From assembly GCA_023254095.1 (NCBI GenBank), contig JALNLM010000014.1, forward strand, positions 1 to 39,702: DNA of 39,702 nucleotides, read 5' to 3'. The stretch comes from Candidatus Geocrenenecus huangii (lineage in GTDB: Archaea; Thermoproteota; Nitrososphaeria_A; Caldarchaeales; Wolframiiraptoraceae). A program made the position numbers and the translations under genes. The first letter of the stretch is position 1. The number at the start of each line of letters is the position of its first letter. The notes beneath the pieces were generated by a model that was not told the origin of the DNA, searched no databases, and saw only the letters and a program-made list of their open reading frames with translations. Below, in pieces: positions 11,217-20,754 of the stretch.

Positions 11217-12308
11217 ATGGATTTAGAAAGAAGGCTAGAATTAATAACTAGGCCGCCTACGGAAGAGGTTATAACTTTAGAAGATTTAAGAATACTTCTC
11301 GAGACAGAGGCTCATCCTATAGCTTATGATGGCTTTGAGCCTAGTGGTTTAGCCCATCTGCCATTCGGAGTCCTTAGAGCAATCAAGCTTCAAGACATGC
11401 TAGATGCAGGGTGCAGATTCAAGCTTCTCCTCGCTGATTGGCATGCGATGATCAATAATAAGATGGGGGGAGACCTAGAAAAAATAAGAAGAGTTGGAGA
11501 ATACTTTATCGAAGTCTGGAAGGCGGCTGGAATAGATTTATCAAAGGTTGAGATTGTATGGGCTAACGACCTAGTCAATAGTAGAGATTACTGGAGGCAG
11601 GTTATACTCGTCGCTAAGAATATTACCTTGAAGCGAGCTTTAAGAGCTCTACCCATCATGGGTAGAAGAGAGGGAGAGATGCAGGAGGCAGCACAGATAA
11701 TATATCCAGCTATGCAGGTATCTGATATATTCTACATGGGGGTAGACATATGCCAGCTAGGTTTGGATCAGCGACGTGCAAACATACTCGCAAGAGAACT
11801 TGCACCCAAGCTCAGCGTTAAGAAGCCTGTAGCCGTCCACCACCATATGTTGATGGGGCTTCAAGGCCCAGTCGAGTCGGGCGGATTCGAAGAAGATGCG
11901 GAAATGAATTTAGAGATAGCTTCAAAGATGAGTAAGAGTATTCCAGAAACAAGCATATTCGTACATGATGACTTCGAGACAATAAAGAAGAAGATCGATG
12001 ATGCGTATTGTCCTCCCAGAATCATTCGGGGAAACCCAATTCTAGAATATGTAAAATACATCATCTTCAGGAAGATGAAATCTCTCTACATTGAGAGACC
12101 CCCAAAATATGGTGGAGATATAGAATACTGGAGTTACGAAGAATTGGAGAAAGATTATGTCATGGGTAAGTTGCATCCCGCAGACTTGAAGAATGCTGTT
12201 GCGAAGGCACTAGACCAAGTGATAAAACCAATAAGAGAGCATTTCGAGAAAGATCCAGACGCTAAAAAACTGTATGAATTCGTAAAATCACAAGAAGTAA
12301 CACGATGA
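11217..12308 (+). CDS. tyrS: Tyrosine--tRNA ligase (archaeal type)
   Basis: YDGFEPSG.AH, ADWHA, YPAMQVSD, GLDQR, KMSKS and LHPADLK. Confidence 0.96.
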   Translation: MDLERRLELITRPPTEEVITLEDLRILLETEAHPIAYDGFEPSGLAHLPFGVLRAIKLQDMLDAGCRFKLLLADWHAMINNKMGGDLEKIRRVGEYFIEVWKAAGIDLSKVEIVWANDLVNSRDYWRQVILVAKNITLKRALRALPIMGRREGEMQEAAQIIYPAMQVSDIFYMGVDICQLGLDQRRANILARELAPKLSVKKPVAVHHHMLMGLQGPVESGGFEEDAEMNLEIASKMSKSIPETSIFVHDDFETIKKKIDDAYCPPRIIRGNPILEYVKYIIFRKMKSLYIERPPKYGGDIEYWSYEELEKDYVMGKLHPADLKNAVAKALDQVIKPIREHFEKDPDAKKLYEFVKSQEVTR

Positions 12309-12444
12309 TATCCTAGTCATTTGAGAATTTAAGATTATATTAGTGTTCTCCAAGCAATCCTGGCTAATTCATACGATATTTTAAGGGGGAGACTCTCTAT
12401 GCATCTTCCGCTCTGCCTCAAGTGGATATTCGACGAGGATGGGA

Positions 12445-12759
12445 TTACTCATGCCTGTAATGACGGTCAACGAAGTCGACAGTAACGGTAATTGCTACCA
12501 GCATGCCTATTATCATCAGATTTATTATTAGGTCCACCCAAATGATTCGAAGATCAATCTTCACCAAAACCGATTTCATTGTAGTTATTAAGGAGTCCGC
12601 AGATGCTTTAATCCCAGCAACAATTTTAGGCCCATTATTAATAATGGTAATAATAATGAAGAGTGTAACGATCTTCATAACAACACTTAACACTTTAAGA
12701 AGAGAGGCCCTTATTCTATCCCACCACATGAGTATCAAATATCCATATGTCAACATCAT
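12445..12759 (-). CDS. Hypothetical small membrane protein
   Basis: 104-aa ORF with two hydrophobic segments; no recognised motif; start uncertain. Confidence 0.4.
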   Translation of the reverse strand: MMLTYGYLILMWWDRIRASLLKVLSVVMKIVTLFIIITIINNGPKIVAGIKASADSLITTMKSVLVKIDLRIIWVDLIINLMIIGMLVAITVTVDFVDRHYRHE

Positions 12760-12859
12760 TAACTAAGTTTTTTATTTCCTATCACCGCATCTTTATTTTG
12801 AACCCATTGACTTCATGATCGAATTTTCTATAATGATTTTTATCTGCGTCTCTACGACT

Positions 12860-12941
12860 AAATGTACCCCACCGCCGACAACCCCTCATCATTGGGAGGG
12901 CTCACACCTCTCTCCAAGAGGCTTAAGGAAGCGGTGGGGCC
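12860..12941 (-). ncRNA. Candidate box H/ACA-like guide sRNA
   Basis: 10-bp stem GCCCCACCGC/GCGGTGGGGT followed directly by ACA-TTT; internal pocket; upper stem AGCCTC/GGGGTT with a K-turn-like GA/GA; own BRE-TATA upstream. Confidence 0.55.
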
Positions 12942-12962
12942 AGATAAAAAGTAATAAGTCGG

Positions 12963-12978
12963 TATTATTAACCTTTCT
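12963..12978 (-). promoter_or_regulatory. BRE-TATA of the candidate sRNA
   Basis: Minus strand AGAAAGG-TTAATAATA; the first T of the TATA element is 30 nt upstream of G12941. Confidence 0.5.
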
Positions 12979-12985
12979 AGAGCTC

Positions 12986-14665
12986 TTAATGTTCTTTATT
13001 CCCTATCATGAAATGCATGATCTCATGGATGTACAATTCTAATGCAGCGACAGGAAATGTGATCTCCCAGTTCTCTAATACCTGGGGGTTTATCTCTCCT
13101 AGGATTCCTACTTCTGCTGAGTTTACGATTATTTTCGCTGCTCTACCCTCAATGAATGGCGGTTGATCATATGGTTTAAGCTTCCATTCTCCTATAGATA
13201 GGTTCCTGAGTATCTCTTCGCAGATAGATTTTATCTCTGAGTAGGATGCTTCTGCATGGCATGAAACACACCCTAGCCTCATTTTTCTCGCAGCTCTCTC
13301 GGGGAGAGATGGATCCGGCTCGATCACATCTCCTATCTCGAATATTTTCTGTGGATATAATGAACCCCTATTATGTGATAATGTTTTCATTAAGCTTGGC
13401 AAGATCCAAGTCCTCATTATGGTATAATCGCTTGATACAGGGTTTAGAAGTTTCACATGTAGAGCATGCTTAACAGCCATCTTTTCATATTCATCAACCG
13501 CGTTTGTCAAAGTAAAGTTCATAACTTCAGTGTATCCTAATCCTAACATCACCTCCCTTACTAATTCTTCGATCTTCGTCGCTGGATGGTATTTGCCGTA
13601 AGTTAAGACTTGGGGCTGCCTAGGTTCCAGGGAGTCGTATCCCAAACCCATCGCAACGTCTTCTACGAAGTCGACGGTATGCATTATGTCGACACGATAT
13701 GGTGGAGGTGTCACTATAATTGTTTTCCCGCTAATCTTTACTCCATGCCTCATCCTCCTTAAAGCTTTAGCGATCTCTAGAGGGGAGAGGTTCAAGCCGA
13801 GTAGAGAATTCACGTACTCGACGTTTATTCTCCATTTTTTAGTCTTATAGTTTGGAGTGGCCATAGATTTCCCCGGATATATTATCTTGACTTGCTCGAT
13901 TCTACCACCCATATCGTGAAGTGCTGTCGTAAGGATATTGAGAGTCTTCTGTAGAGCATCCAAGTCTAATCCAGTAACATCGATGAATAGATTCTTCGTT
14001 CCTGAGGTTAACTCTGTTAGAGCAGAATTTATTATAGGTGGAAACGATAGTACTTCTCCTCTTGAATCCAGAATTAATGGGTACATAGGTTTATCCGTTA
14101 GGAGATGACCATACTTAAGGCCTTTTTCATGTTTTTCAAGTATCTCATTTAAGGTCATCTTCCTCCAGCTTCCAAGAGGTGTAAAGCTATACTCATCGCC
14201 TTTAGCCGCGATGTATCTAAACGGAGGCTTCAAGACGTCTAGATTATGTAATCCTATAGCTACCTTCCTCCTGTCTCTACCAAGTATCCAATGTAGGTCT
14301 TCCTGCATAGTTATTAATTCTTCAATCTTATCAGAATCGAGGTTAAAACCTCTAACTATGGCCCCAACAATGTATGGTCTAATGTTTTCAACGTTCGGGT
14401 CAACCTTAACGTAAGTTTTAGGTGGGGTCAGCCTATATTTTGGGAAACCTACCTCAATTCCTAGAAGTCCACGTGCAGCTCTCGTTATTCCACTAAGGCT
14501 AGAATAGTCTGGCCTATTTGGATTGTATTCAACCCTGAAGAATTCAGTAGATACTTCTTCGACATCCATTCCAAGATTATGGAGAAGGTTCGACAACTCT
14601 AAGTCAGATAGACGCTTACCCAAAAGTTGCCAAAACCTTTCTTTTTTAACTAAGAGAATAGGCAA
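12986..14665 (-). CDS. pheT: Phenylalanine--tRNA ligase beta subunit
   Basis: PNRPD, QEDLH...GRDRRKVAIGLH, LSFPPIINS, PPYRVDIMH..D.VEDVA and GEINPQVL; TTG start. Confidence 0.96.
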   Translation of the reverse strand: MPILLVKKERFWQLLGKRLSDLELSNLLHNLGMDVEEVSTEFFRVEYNPNRPDYSSLSGITRAARGLLGIEVGFPKYRLTPPKTYVKVDPNVENIRPYIVGAIVRGFNLDSDKIEELITMQEDLHWILGRDRRKVAIGLHNLDVLKPPFRYIAAKGDEYSFTPLGSWRKMTLNEILEKHEKGLKYGHLLTDKPMYPLILDSRGEVLSFPPIINSALTELTSGTKNLFIDVTGLDLDALQKTLNILTTALHDMGGRIEQVKIIYPGKSMATPNYKTKKWRINVEYVNSLLGLNLSPLEIAKALRRMRHGVKISGKTIIVTPPPYRVDIMHTVDFVEDVAMGLGYDSLEPRQPQVLTYGKYHPATKIEELVREVMLGLGYTEVMNFTLTNAVDEYEKMAVKHALHVKLLNPVSSDYTIMRTWILPSLMKTLSHNRGSLYPQKIFEIGDVIEPDPSLPERAARKMRLGCVSCHAEASYSEIKSICEEILRNLSIGEWKLKPYDQPPFIEGRAAKIIVNSAEVGILGEINPQVLENWEITFPVAALELYIHEIMHFMIGNKEH

Positions 14666-14757
14666 TCTTTACAATCCCCCGGCTGAGTAATCTCTACTAT
14701 ATCTTTTATCCTTAACTAGTCATACTAAAGTTTATCTATAGGCTAACTTATCACAAA

Positions 14758-15117
14758 GTGATGATTATTAAAAACGAAGAAGGCGTTAAGCCTATACTCA
14801 TAGAAGGCTCAGAACAAGCCTTTATTCAACCTCTCATAACTAGGTTTGATGGTGCTCCAAACTTCGAGCTAAGAAAATTCACAATTAAGCCTGGAGGAAG
14901 AATTCCAGCCCATCTTCATCCTGAGATAGAGCATGTACAATACGTTTTAAAGGGCAGATATAGAGTAAAGATAGGTGAAGAAATACACGATGTGAAACCA
15001 GGTGATGCTATACTTATACCTCCAAATACAGTGCACTATTATGAAAATAGTGGAGACGAAGATGCCGTATTCCTTTGCATAATTCCTCGCAGAGAATATT
15101 CAACTATAATGCTATAA
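14758..15117 (+). CDS. Cupin domain protein
   Basis: PGG.IPAHLHPEIEH..YVLKG and GD.ILIPPNTVH cupin motifs. Confidence 0.88.
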   Translation: MMIIKNEEGVKPILIEGSEQAFIQPLITRFDGAPNFELRKFTIKPGGRIPAHLHPEIEHVQYVLKGRYRVKIGEEIHDVKPGDAILIPPNTVHYYENSGDEDAVFLCIIPRREYSTIML

Positions 15118-15190
15118 GGTTACTTGATTCTTATGGAGAAATCTTATGAGAAAACCTATTAGATAGCGATTAATAGATGTATCCAAGAAA

Positions 15191-15619
15191 ATGACTGATG
15201 GAGAAGATGAAGAACTCGAGTATATTAAGAGGAAGATGATGAGAGAATTATTAGGCAGGGCTAACATGAACAGGCAATCTAGAAACGCTATATCTAGACC
15301 TATCATAGCTACAGACCATAATTTTAATGAGCTTATAAATCGTTACCCTCTAGTATTCGTAGATTTTTGGGCAGACTGGTGTCTACCATGTAGAGTAATA
15401 GCTCCAGTAATTGAGGAACTAGCAGAAGAATTCGCTGGCAAAATAGTATTCTTGAAGGTAAACGTTGATGAAAACCCTATTACTGCTTCTAGATACGGGA
15501 TCACTAGTATACCGACCTTGATGATATTTAAGAATGGGAGACCGGCGGATGTAATAGTAGGCGCTTATCCGAAGAAAGTTATAGAAGAGAGAATTAAGAA
15601 GAACTTGATGGATATTTAG
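15191..15619 (+). CDS. trxA: Thioredoxin with N-terminal helical extension
   Basis: VDFWADWCLPC active site and SIPTL cis-Pro motif. Confidence 0.92.
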   Translation: MTDGEDEELEYIKRKMMRELLGRANMNRQSRNAISRPIIATDHNFNELINRYPLVFVDFWADWCLPCRVIAPVIEELAEEFAGKIVFLKVNVDENPITASRYGITSIPTLMIFKNGRPADVIVGAYPKKVIEERIKKNLMDI

Positions 15620-15664
15620 GAAAGATTTTTTAATGAAGAATCTATCACTTAGGTAGAAGAGATA

Positions 15665-16591
15665 TTGGTATTTGAAGGCATGGAAGAACTAGAAGAGTAC
15701 ATTGGAAAACTTAGAAGAGAGTTTAACCAACACATATACAAGAAGCTAAAGAGCGATTTAGATTCTCGTTTAGTGGAGGATGTTATATCAGGTGGAAAAA
15801 GGCTTAGACCTGTTCTTCTACTTCTTGTTTTTAAAGCTCTAAACGGTAAAGATTTAGAAAGAGCTTTAGATGTAGCCTCTGCGTTAGAACTGGCACATAA
15901 TGCTAGCCTAACGCATGATGACATAATAGATGTAGACTTTGAGAGGAGAGGAAAACCTACTCTATGGAGGCAGATAGGTATAGGCAGAGCCTTAATAGAA
16001 GGTCACAGAATGATAAATCTAGCTTTCCAGATTGCATTAAACGAGGGATTAGAAATCGCCAAGATATTTCTAGAGGCGTGGGATAGAGCCTCCAACGGCG
16101 TCCTCAAAGAATTAATGCATCGAGATCTACCGGGTAAAACTCTATACTTGAGTATTATCAAAGAGAAGACAGCTTCACTTTTTGAAGCTGCAGCCGAATG
16201 TGGAGCGTTAATAGCAGGTGCGTCGGCTGAAATTATTCAGCAAGCTAAGAAGTATGGTGAGAAAGTGGGGATTGCATATCAGTTGGCGGATGACTACGTC
16301 GACATGGTTAGGGGAAGATTTTCTCTAAGGTCGCATTTAGTATTTTACAATAGGTTCGAGGAGAAAATCAGGCAGATTATGTTGGCAGTTAAACTTAAGA
16401 CGACTGTACCCCTTAGAAATATACTGGCTCCAAAGATAGATTGGGGACGGTTCTTGATAGAAGAATTAGCTAAGAATATTACCGAAGCCAAACAGATTGT
16501 AGAGAAAATATATCTACCTGAACCTGAGAAGATGTATTTGAAGAAATTCCCAGAGTATTGTGTCTACTCAATGTTGAGAGAAGTCAGTTAA
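15665..16591 (+). CDS. Trans-polyprenyl diphosphate synthase, probably medium/long chain
   Basis: GGKRLRP, FARM HDDIID...RRG, KTASLF, SARM YQLADDYVD; small residues (Ala, Ser) at -5/-4 before the FARM. Confidence 0.85.
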   Translation: MVFEGMEELEEYIGKLRREFNQHIYKKLKSDLDSRLVEDVISGGKRLRPVLLLLVFKALNGKDLERALDVASALELAHNASLTHDDIIDVDFERRGKPTLWRQIGIGRALIEGHRMINLAFQIALNEGLEIAKIFLEAWDRASNGVLKELMHRDLPGKTLYLSIIKEKTASLFEAAAECGALIAGASAEIIQQAKKYGEKVGIAYQLADDYVDMVRGRFSLRSHLVFYNRFEEKIRQIMLAVKLKTTVPLRNILAPKIDWGRFLIEELAKNITEAKQIVEKIYLPEPEKMYLKKFPEYCVYSMLREVS

Positions 16592-16650
16592 TTAAAGAAC
16601 ATTTTTCAAGAAGACACTCGGCATTATTACTGGAACTGGGGAGGCACTAG

Positions 16651-18222
16651 ATGGATCTAGCGATGATATTCACGATATTATCAGCGATAGGATATTCATG
16701 GTTGAGGATGACTGTCGGATTGAGCATTTCCCTCCTATTCTCTTTCGCTGTAGGTATAGCTGCGGCCACTAGCAGAACTCTAGAAAAGATTATTATACCG
16801 GTCCTCGACATCCTCCAATCTATACCTATACTCAGCTTCTTCCCCATCGCCCTCTATGCCTTCATCTCCCTACACCCTGTGATAGGCCCTGAACTAGCAG
16901 CCGTATTCCTAATATTTACGAGTCAGGTCTGGAACATCTCTTTCGGAGTCTACGAAGCTATAAAGTTTATACCTACCGAAACACTCGAAGTAACTAACTT
17001 CCTGAGGTTCAGCATAGTAGACAAAATCCAGCACCTATATATTCGTGCTTCTTTTCCGAAGGTCGCTGCTAATCTTCCTTCTTCTTGGGCGAATGGTTTA
17101 TACTTCCTAGTTGCATGCGAGATTATCACAATAGGTGAAGCAGAGTATAGATTGTATGGTATAGGTTCGATAACTACTCAACTGATAGCCTCTGGGATGG
17201 TCTTAGAATCAGTACTTGCTTTATGTCTCGTTATGTTCTTCGTGGTATTGATGAATTTACTAGTGTTCATTCCGATGATTAGGATAAGCATGAAGTATAG
17301 ATTTGAAGCTTACGCTGTTGAGGTCCCACACGCATGGTTTGAAAGAGTTATCAAACCATTCACTATACCCATTAAGATGATAGCACATAAACCTAGATTT
17401 GCAGAGCATTGGAAGATTGGATTAGGGCTGCGGAGCTTCATCTCTCTCATTACAAAACATAGAAGATATGTTGAGACGTTGATATTATTAACCATACTAG
17501 CTATTCTGATGCTTACTGTGAGATGTGAAGATGTAATTAAGTTCTCACATCTAGTTTTTAATGGATTATCGAGACTAGGGTATATCGAGCCTTTAATTAT
17601 GCTTGGATATTCTCTAGCTAGAGTTTCCACAGTTACACTTATAACCTTAGGCTGGACCATACCTGTCTCCATAATCCTCTACGAGAATAAGACTCTGGAA
17701 AAGATTCTTACCCCAATCTTTCAAGCTATTGCTTCTTTCCCTGCTACTCTTCTGATACCTTTCATCATGGATTTTAATGTAAAAATCGGGTTAATGAAAG
17801 AATTCGGAGCACTTATTATAATACTACTGGGAACTACGTGGTATATGCTCTTCTCTCTCCGAGGAGCTCTCTCATTAATGCCTAGTGAAGAAGAAGAGCT
17901 ATTCAAGCTACTTAGAATAAGAGGGTTAAAGAAGTTATGGCATCTATATCTTCCTCGGATGACTCCCTCGATGATCACCGGATGCATTATTACGGTTGGA
18001 GGTGGATGGAACACTCTAGTTATAGCTGAGAGAACAGTTCTAGACCATCTTGTATGGGAGGTGGAGAATCCCGGGATCGGTAAGACTATGAATGTAGCTA
18101 CGTCGACGGGTGATATACAGCTACTGGTAGCGACGACTATATGGATGGCCCTCTTTATAGTGTTGATAAACAGGCTTGTTTGGAGAAGAATATATGAAAT
18201 AGCTGTAAGAAGAATCGTCTAG
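16651..18222 (+). CDS. ABC transporter permease with duplicated BPD_transp_1 domains (NitT/TauT-like)
   Basis: PVLDILQSIPILSFFP and PIFQAIASFPA repeats; GGGWNTLVIAE. Confidence 0.88.
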   Translation: MDLAMIFTILSAIGYSWLRMTVGLSISLLFSFAVGIAAATSRTLEKIIIPVLDILQSIPILSFFPIALYAFISLHPVIGPELAAVFLIFTSQVWNISFGVYEAIKFIPTETLEVTNFLRFSIVDKIQHLYIRASFPKVAANLPSSWANGLYFLVACEIITIGEAEYRLYGIGSITTQLIASGMVLESVLALCLVMFFVVLMNLLVFIPMIRISMKYRFEAYAVEVPHAWFERVIKPFTIPIKMIAHKPRFAEHWKIGLGLRSFISLITKHRRYVETLILLTILAILMLTVRCEDVIKFSHLVFNGLSRLGYIEPLIMLGYSLARVSTVTLITLGWTIPVSIILYENKTLEKILTPIFQAIASFPATLLIPFIMDFNVKIGLMKEFGALIIILLGTTWYMLFSLRGALSLMPSEEEELFKLLRIRGLKKLWHLYLPRMTPSMITGCIITVGGGWNTLVIAERTVLDHLVWEVENPGIGKTMNVATSTGDIQLLVATTIWMALFIVLINRLVWRRIYEIAVRRIV

Positions 18223-18227
18223 AAAAC

Positions 18228-19004
18228 ATGTTATCAGGGAAAGATGACGAGGCACTGCTGGCTCTGAAGAACATATCCTTTAGTTACAAGATGAGGAAAG
18301 GAGACAGGCTCTTAATTTTTGATAATCTATCTTTAAACATAATGTTTGCTGAATTCGTAGGGATAGCGGGTCCAAGCGGTTGCGGCAAAAGCACATTACT
18401 CAGGATGATGGCGGGGTTACTGAAGCCGGATTCAGGCGAGATATACTTTAGAGGTAGACCATTAAATGGTCCGGACCCCAGAATATCTATGGTCTTCCAG
18501 AACCCTACTCTTCTCCCATGGTACACGATTATAAAGAACGTTATGCTTGGACTAATTAACGAGAGAGAGCTAACGGAAAAAGAAAAAGAAGAAAAAGCTA
18601 GAACGTTTCTCGACATGATGGGTTTGATAGGATTCGAGAATGCTTATCCAGCAGAGCTGAGTGGCGGGATGAAGCAAAGAGTTGCCATAGCTAGAGCTCT
18701 AGTATCTCATCCAGATCTGCTCTTAATGGATGAGCCTTTCAGCAACCTAGACCAATTGACGGCTATAACGCTCAGAAGAGAATTAGAGAATCTCTGGTTA
18801 AATCAGGCGCTTCCCATATCATCGATCGTTCTGGTAAGCCACGATATAGAAGAGCTCGTAGAGATAAGCGATAGAGTAATTGTCTTAACAGTTAGACCTA
18901 CTAAAGTTGCAGGAATAGTTAAGATAGATCTGAAAAGACCTAGATCAAGGAGGAGCCAAGAATTTTACGAGTACGTAGACCAGATCTATACATTACTGAG
19001 TTAG
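18228..19004 (+). CDS. ABC transporter ATP-binding protein (NitT/TauT family)
   Basis: GPSGCGKST, LSGGMKQR, LLMDEPFS and VSHD. Confidence 0.93.
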   Translation: MLSGKDDEALLALKNISFSYKMRKGDRLLIFDNLSLNIMFAEFVGIAGPSGCGKSTLLRMMAGLLKPDSGEIYFRGRPLNGPDPRISMVFQNPTLLPWYTIIKNVMLGLINERELTEKEKEEKARTFLDMMGLIGFENAYPAELSGGMKQRVAIARALVSHPDLLLMDEPFSNLDQLTAITLRRELENLWLNQALPISSIVLVSHDIEELVEISDRVIVLTVRPTKVAGIVKIDLKRPRSRRSQEFYEYVDQIYTLLS

Positions 19005-19492
19005 TGCTTCTTCTTGTAGAATTTCTTTTCTTCACCTTTATAGTGGATAGCTTCAGCATAAAGGAGCCACTCAAGTATGAAGGAGTAGAATTGTTCAATA
19101 TCTAGAGATTCTTCTTCGAAGAATTTCTTGTCGTCAAGTTCATTTATCAATTCTTCTTTAGTAAATTCACCGGTTTTGTGGGCTAGCCTCAATGCTGTAG
19201 CGAAGGGTTCGATATTTTTTATCGCTTCCCTTAGCATTAACTTCTTCCTAGATGGATGTGCCTGGATAAACTTCTTTCCTTCTTCCGTTAACACTGCGTC
19301 TCCATTTTCCACCCTCACGAATCCAATAGCCTCACTTACATCCACAACTGGCAGAAGGTCATCCACATCTGTTTGAAGCATAATAGAAATCCTAGCTAGA
19401 TCTACTCTTCCCCCCAAACTATATATCAAATCGAGCAAACCAATTAGCTTACTTGGTGTAACGGAAGGAGGTATCTTGAGACTTCTACTCAT
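19001..19492 (-). CDS. Stand-alone AAA-associated C-terminal domain protein (AAA_assoc_C-like)
   Basis: GLL......GGRVDL..I...L..DVDDLLPV....E..GF..V..GD..LT..G..F...W..YAE pattern. Confidence 0.72.
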   Translation of the reverse strand: MSRSLKIPPSVTPSKLIGLLDLIYSLGGRVDLARISIMLQTDVDDLLPVVDVSEAIGFVRVENGDAVLTEEGKKFIQAHPSRKKLMLREAIKNIEPFATALRLAHKTGEFTKEELINELDDKKFFEEESLDIEQFYSFILEWLLYAEAIHYKGEEKKFYKKKH

Positions 19493-19546
19493 TTATTTGC
19501 CATATTATAAATGAAAAATTTATAAGATAAACTTTTCTCATGAAGT

Positions 19547-20725
19547 TTATCTATCAGCTTTGTCTAAGATAAGCTCAATCTCTTCGAGGACCCATTTGAT
19601 AGGGTTAGATAACTTGAAAGCTTCAGAATAACGTTGTGCATTCTTACGAAACTTGCAATCTAGAAGACGGTTGAGCGTCTCTCTCAATGTTTCCTCGTTT
19701 AAAGATTCTTCGTCGAGTTTTACTCCAGCATTATTTTCCTCTACTGACGAAGCATTTCCATATTGTTCAGCATGGCCAGGTATGGGTATCATGAGCACCG
19801 GTTTTCCTAATGCAAGGATCTTCGCAAGGGTAGTCTGACCAGCCCTAGTAATAACTACATCCGATATTCTAACAAGTTCTAGAGGGTCTTCGACCCATTC
19901 ATAAATTCGTAAATTACTCTCCCTCTTGGGAGAGTCTACATGTAAACCTCCCGATGTAACAACTACTTCGAATTCTCTATCAAGCTTCTCCAGGATGGGG
20001 GTCATCTTTTTGATCAACATTTGCCTCTCGTAAAATGGGCCTGTGGCCTTAAACAATATTACCGGCTTCCCGTCTAGACCTATGCCATATTTCCTTCTAA
20101 GATCGCCGACGTCCACAAGTTTTTTAACAGAACTCTCTACTATCGGTCCGATGTATTTTACTTTTCTTCTCACTTTTGTGTCTTCTGGAAATGTGAGAGT
20201 CTCTTTAGAGATTGTTAAGGGCGGAGGATAATCTGCTATTAATATTCTATCACTTCTAAGCCATATCCATCCAACGAGGTATGAGGCGGCCTCAAGACTT
20301 TCTATAACCCACCTGTACCTGGGATAGAGTATTCTGACGTTGAATTGATTTAGGATGGTCAAGACCGGTTTGCCAAGCATTTTCGCTGCAATCACTGTAG
20401 AAGCCCTAGTATCTGATATGACTACGTCGGTATCTTTATCGATTAGAGATAACTCGTAAGAAGTCTGCTCTAAAACTCTTACTGGCAGTAGAATATTTTT
20501 GAAGATCGTCATCTTTATACTTACTTTTCCCTCATGGAGTACTCCATATGATACTTCGGGAACCTTGTAAACATCTAGACCAAACCTCTTCAAGTATTCG
20601 AGACCTTCACCATAAGAGGAGATGCTAAACCCCCATCCTCTCTCTTTTATAGCCTCTGCTATCTGGACAGCTCTAGAAGCATGTCCAAATCCTATCCCGC
20701 ATACTCCCAGATGGATCTTCGGCAT
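19547..20725 (-). CDS. MurG-like GT28 glycosyltransferase
   Basis: CGIGFGHASR, ITRAGQTT and IPIPGHAEQYGNA. Confidence 0.85.
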   Translation of the reverse strand: MPKIHLGVCGIGFGHASRAVQIAEAIKERGWGFSISSYGEGLEYLKRFGLDVYKVPEVSYGVLHEGKVSIKMTIFKNILLPVRVLEQTSYELSLIDKDTDVVISDTRASTVIAAKMLGKPVLTILNQFNVRILYPRYRWVIESLEAASYLVGWIWLRSDRILIADYPPPLTISKETLTFPEDTKVRRKVKYIGPIVESSVKKLVDVGDLRRKYGIGLDGKPVILFKATGPFYERQMLIKKMTPILEKLDREFEVVVTSGGLHVDSPKRESNLRIYEWVEDPLELVRISDVVITRAGQTTLAKILALGKPVLMIPIPGHAEQYGNASSVEENNAGVKLDEESLNEETLRETLNRLLDCKFRKNAQRYSEAFKLSNPIKWVLEEIELILDKADR

Positions 20726-20754
20726 CTCTCCAAGATTCTAATTCAAGTAATATG

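Noticed and set aside
12866-12947. Plus-strand reading of the hairpin as a guide for the 23S UUCCUUGUCGG segment
   Set aside because: The complementarity is short; G-U pairs, the promoter and the terminal ACA all favour the minus strand.
12503-13042. Plus-strand ORFs 12503-12766 and 12815-13042
   Set aside because: They are antisense to the small membrane ORF, the candidate sRNA and the pheT end, with no recognisable motifs.
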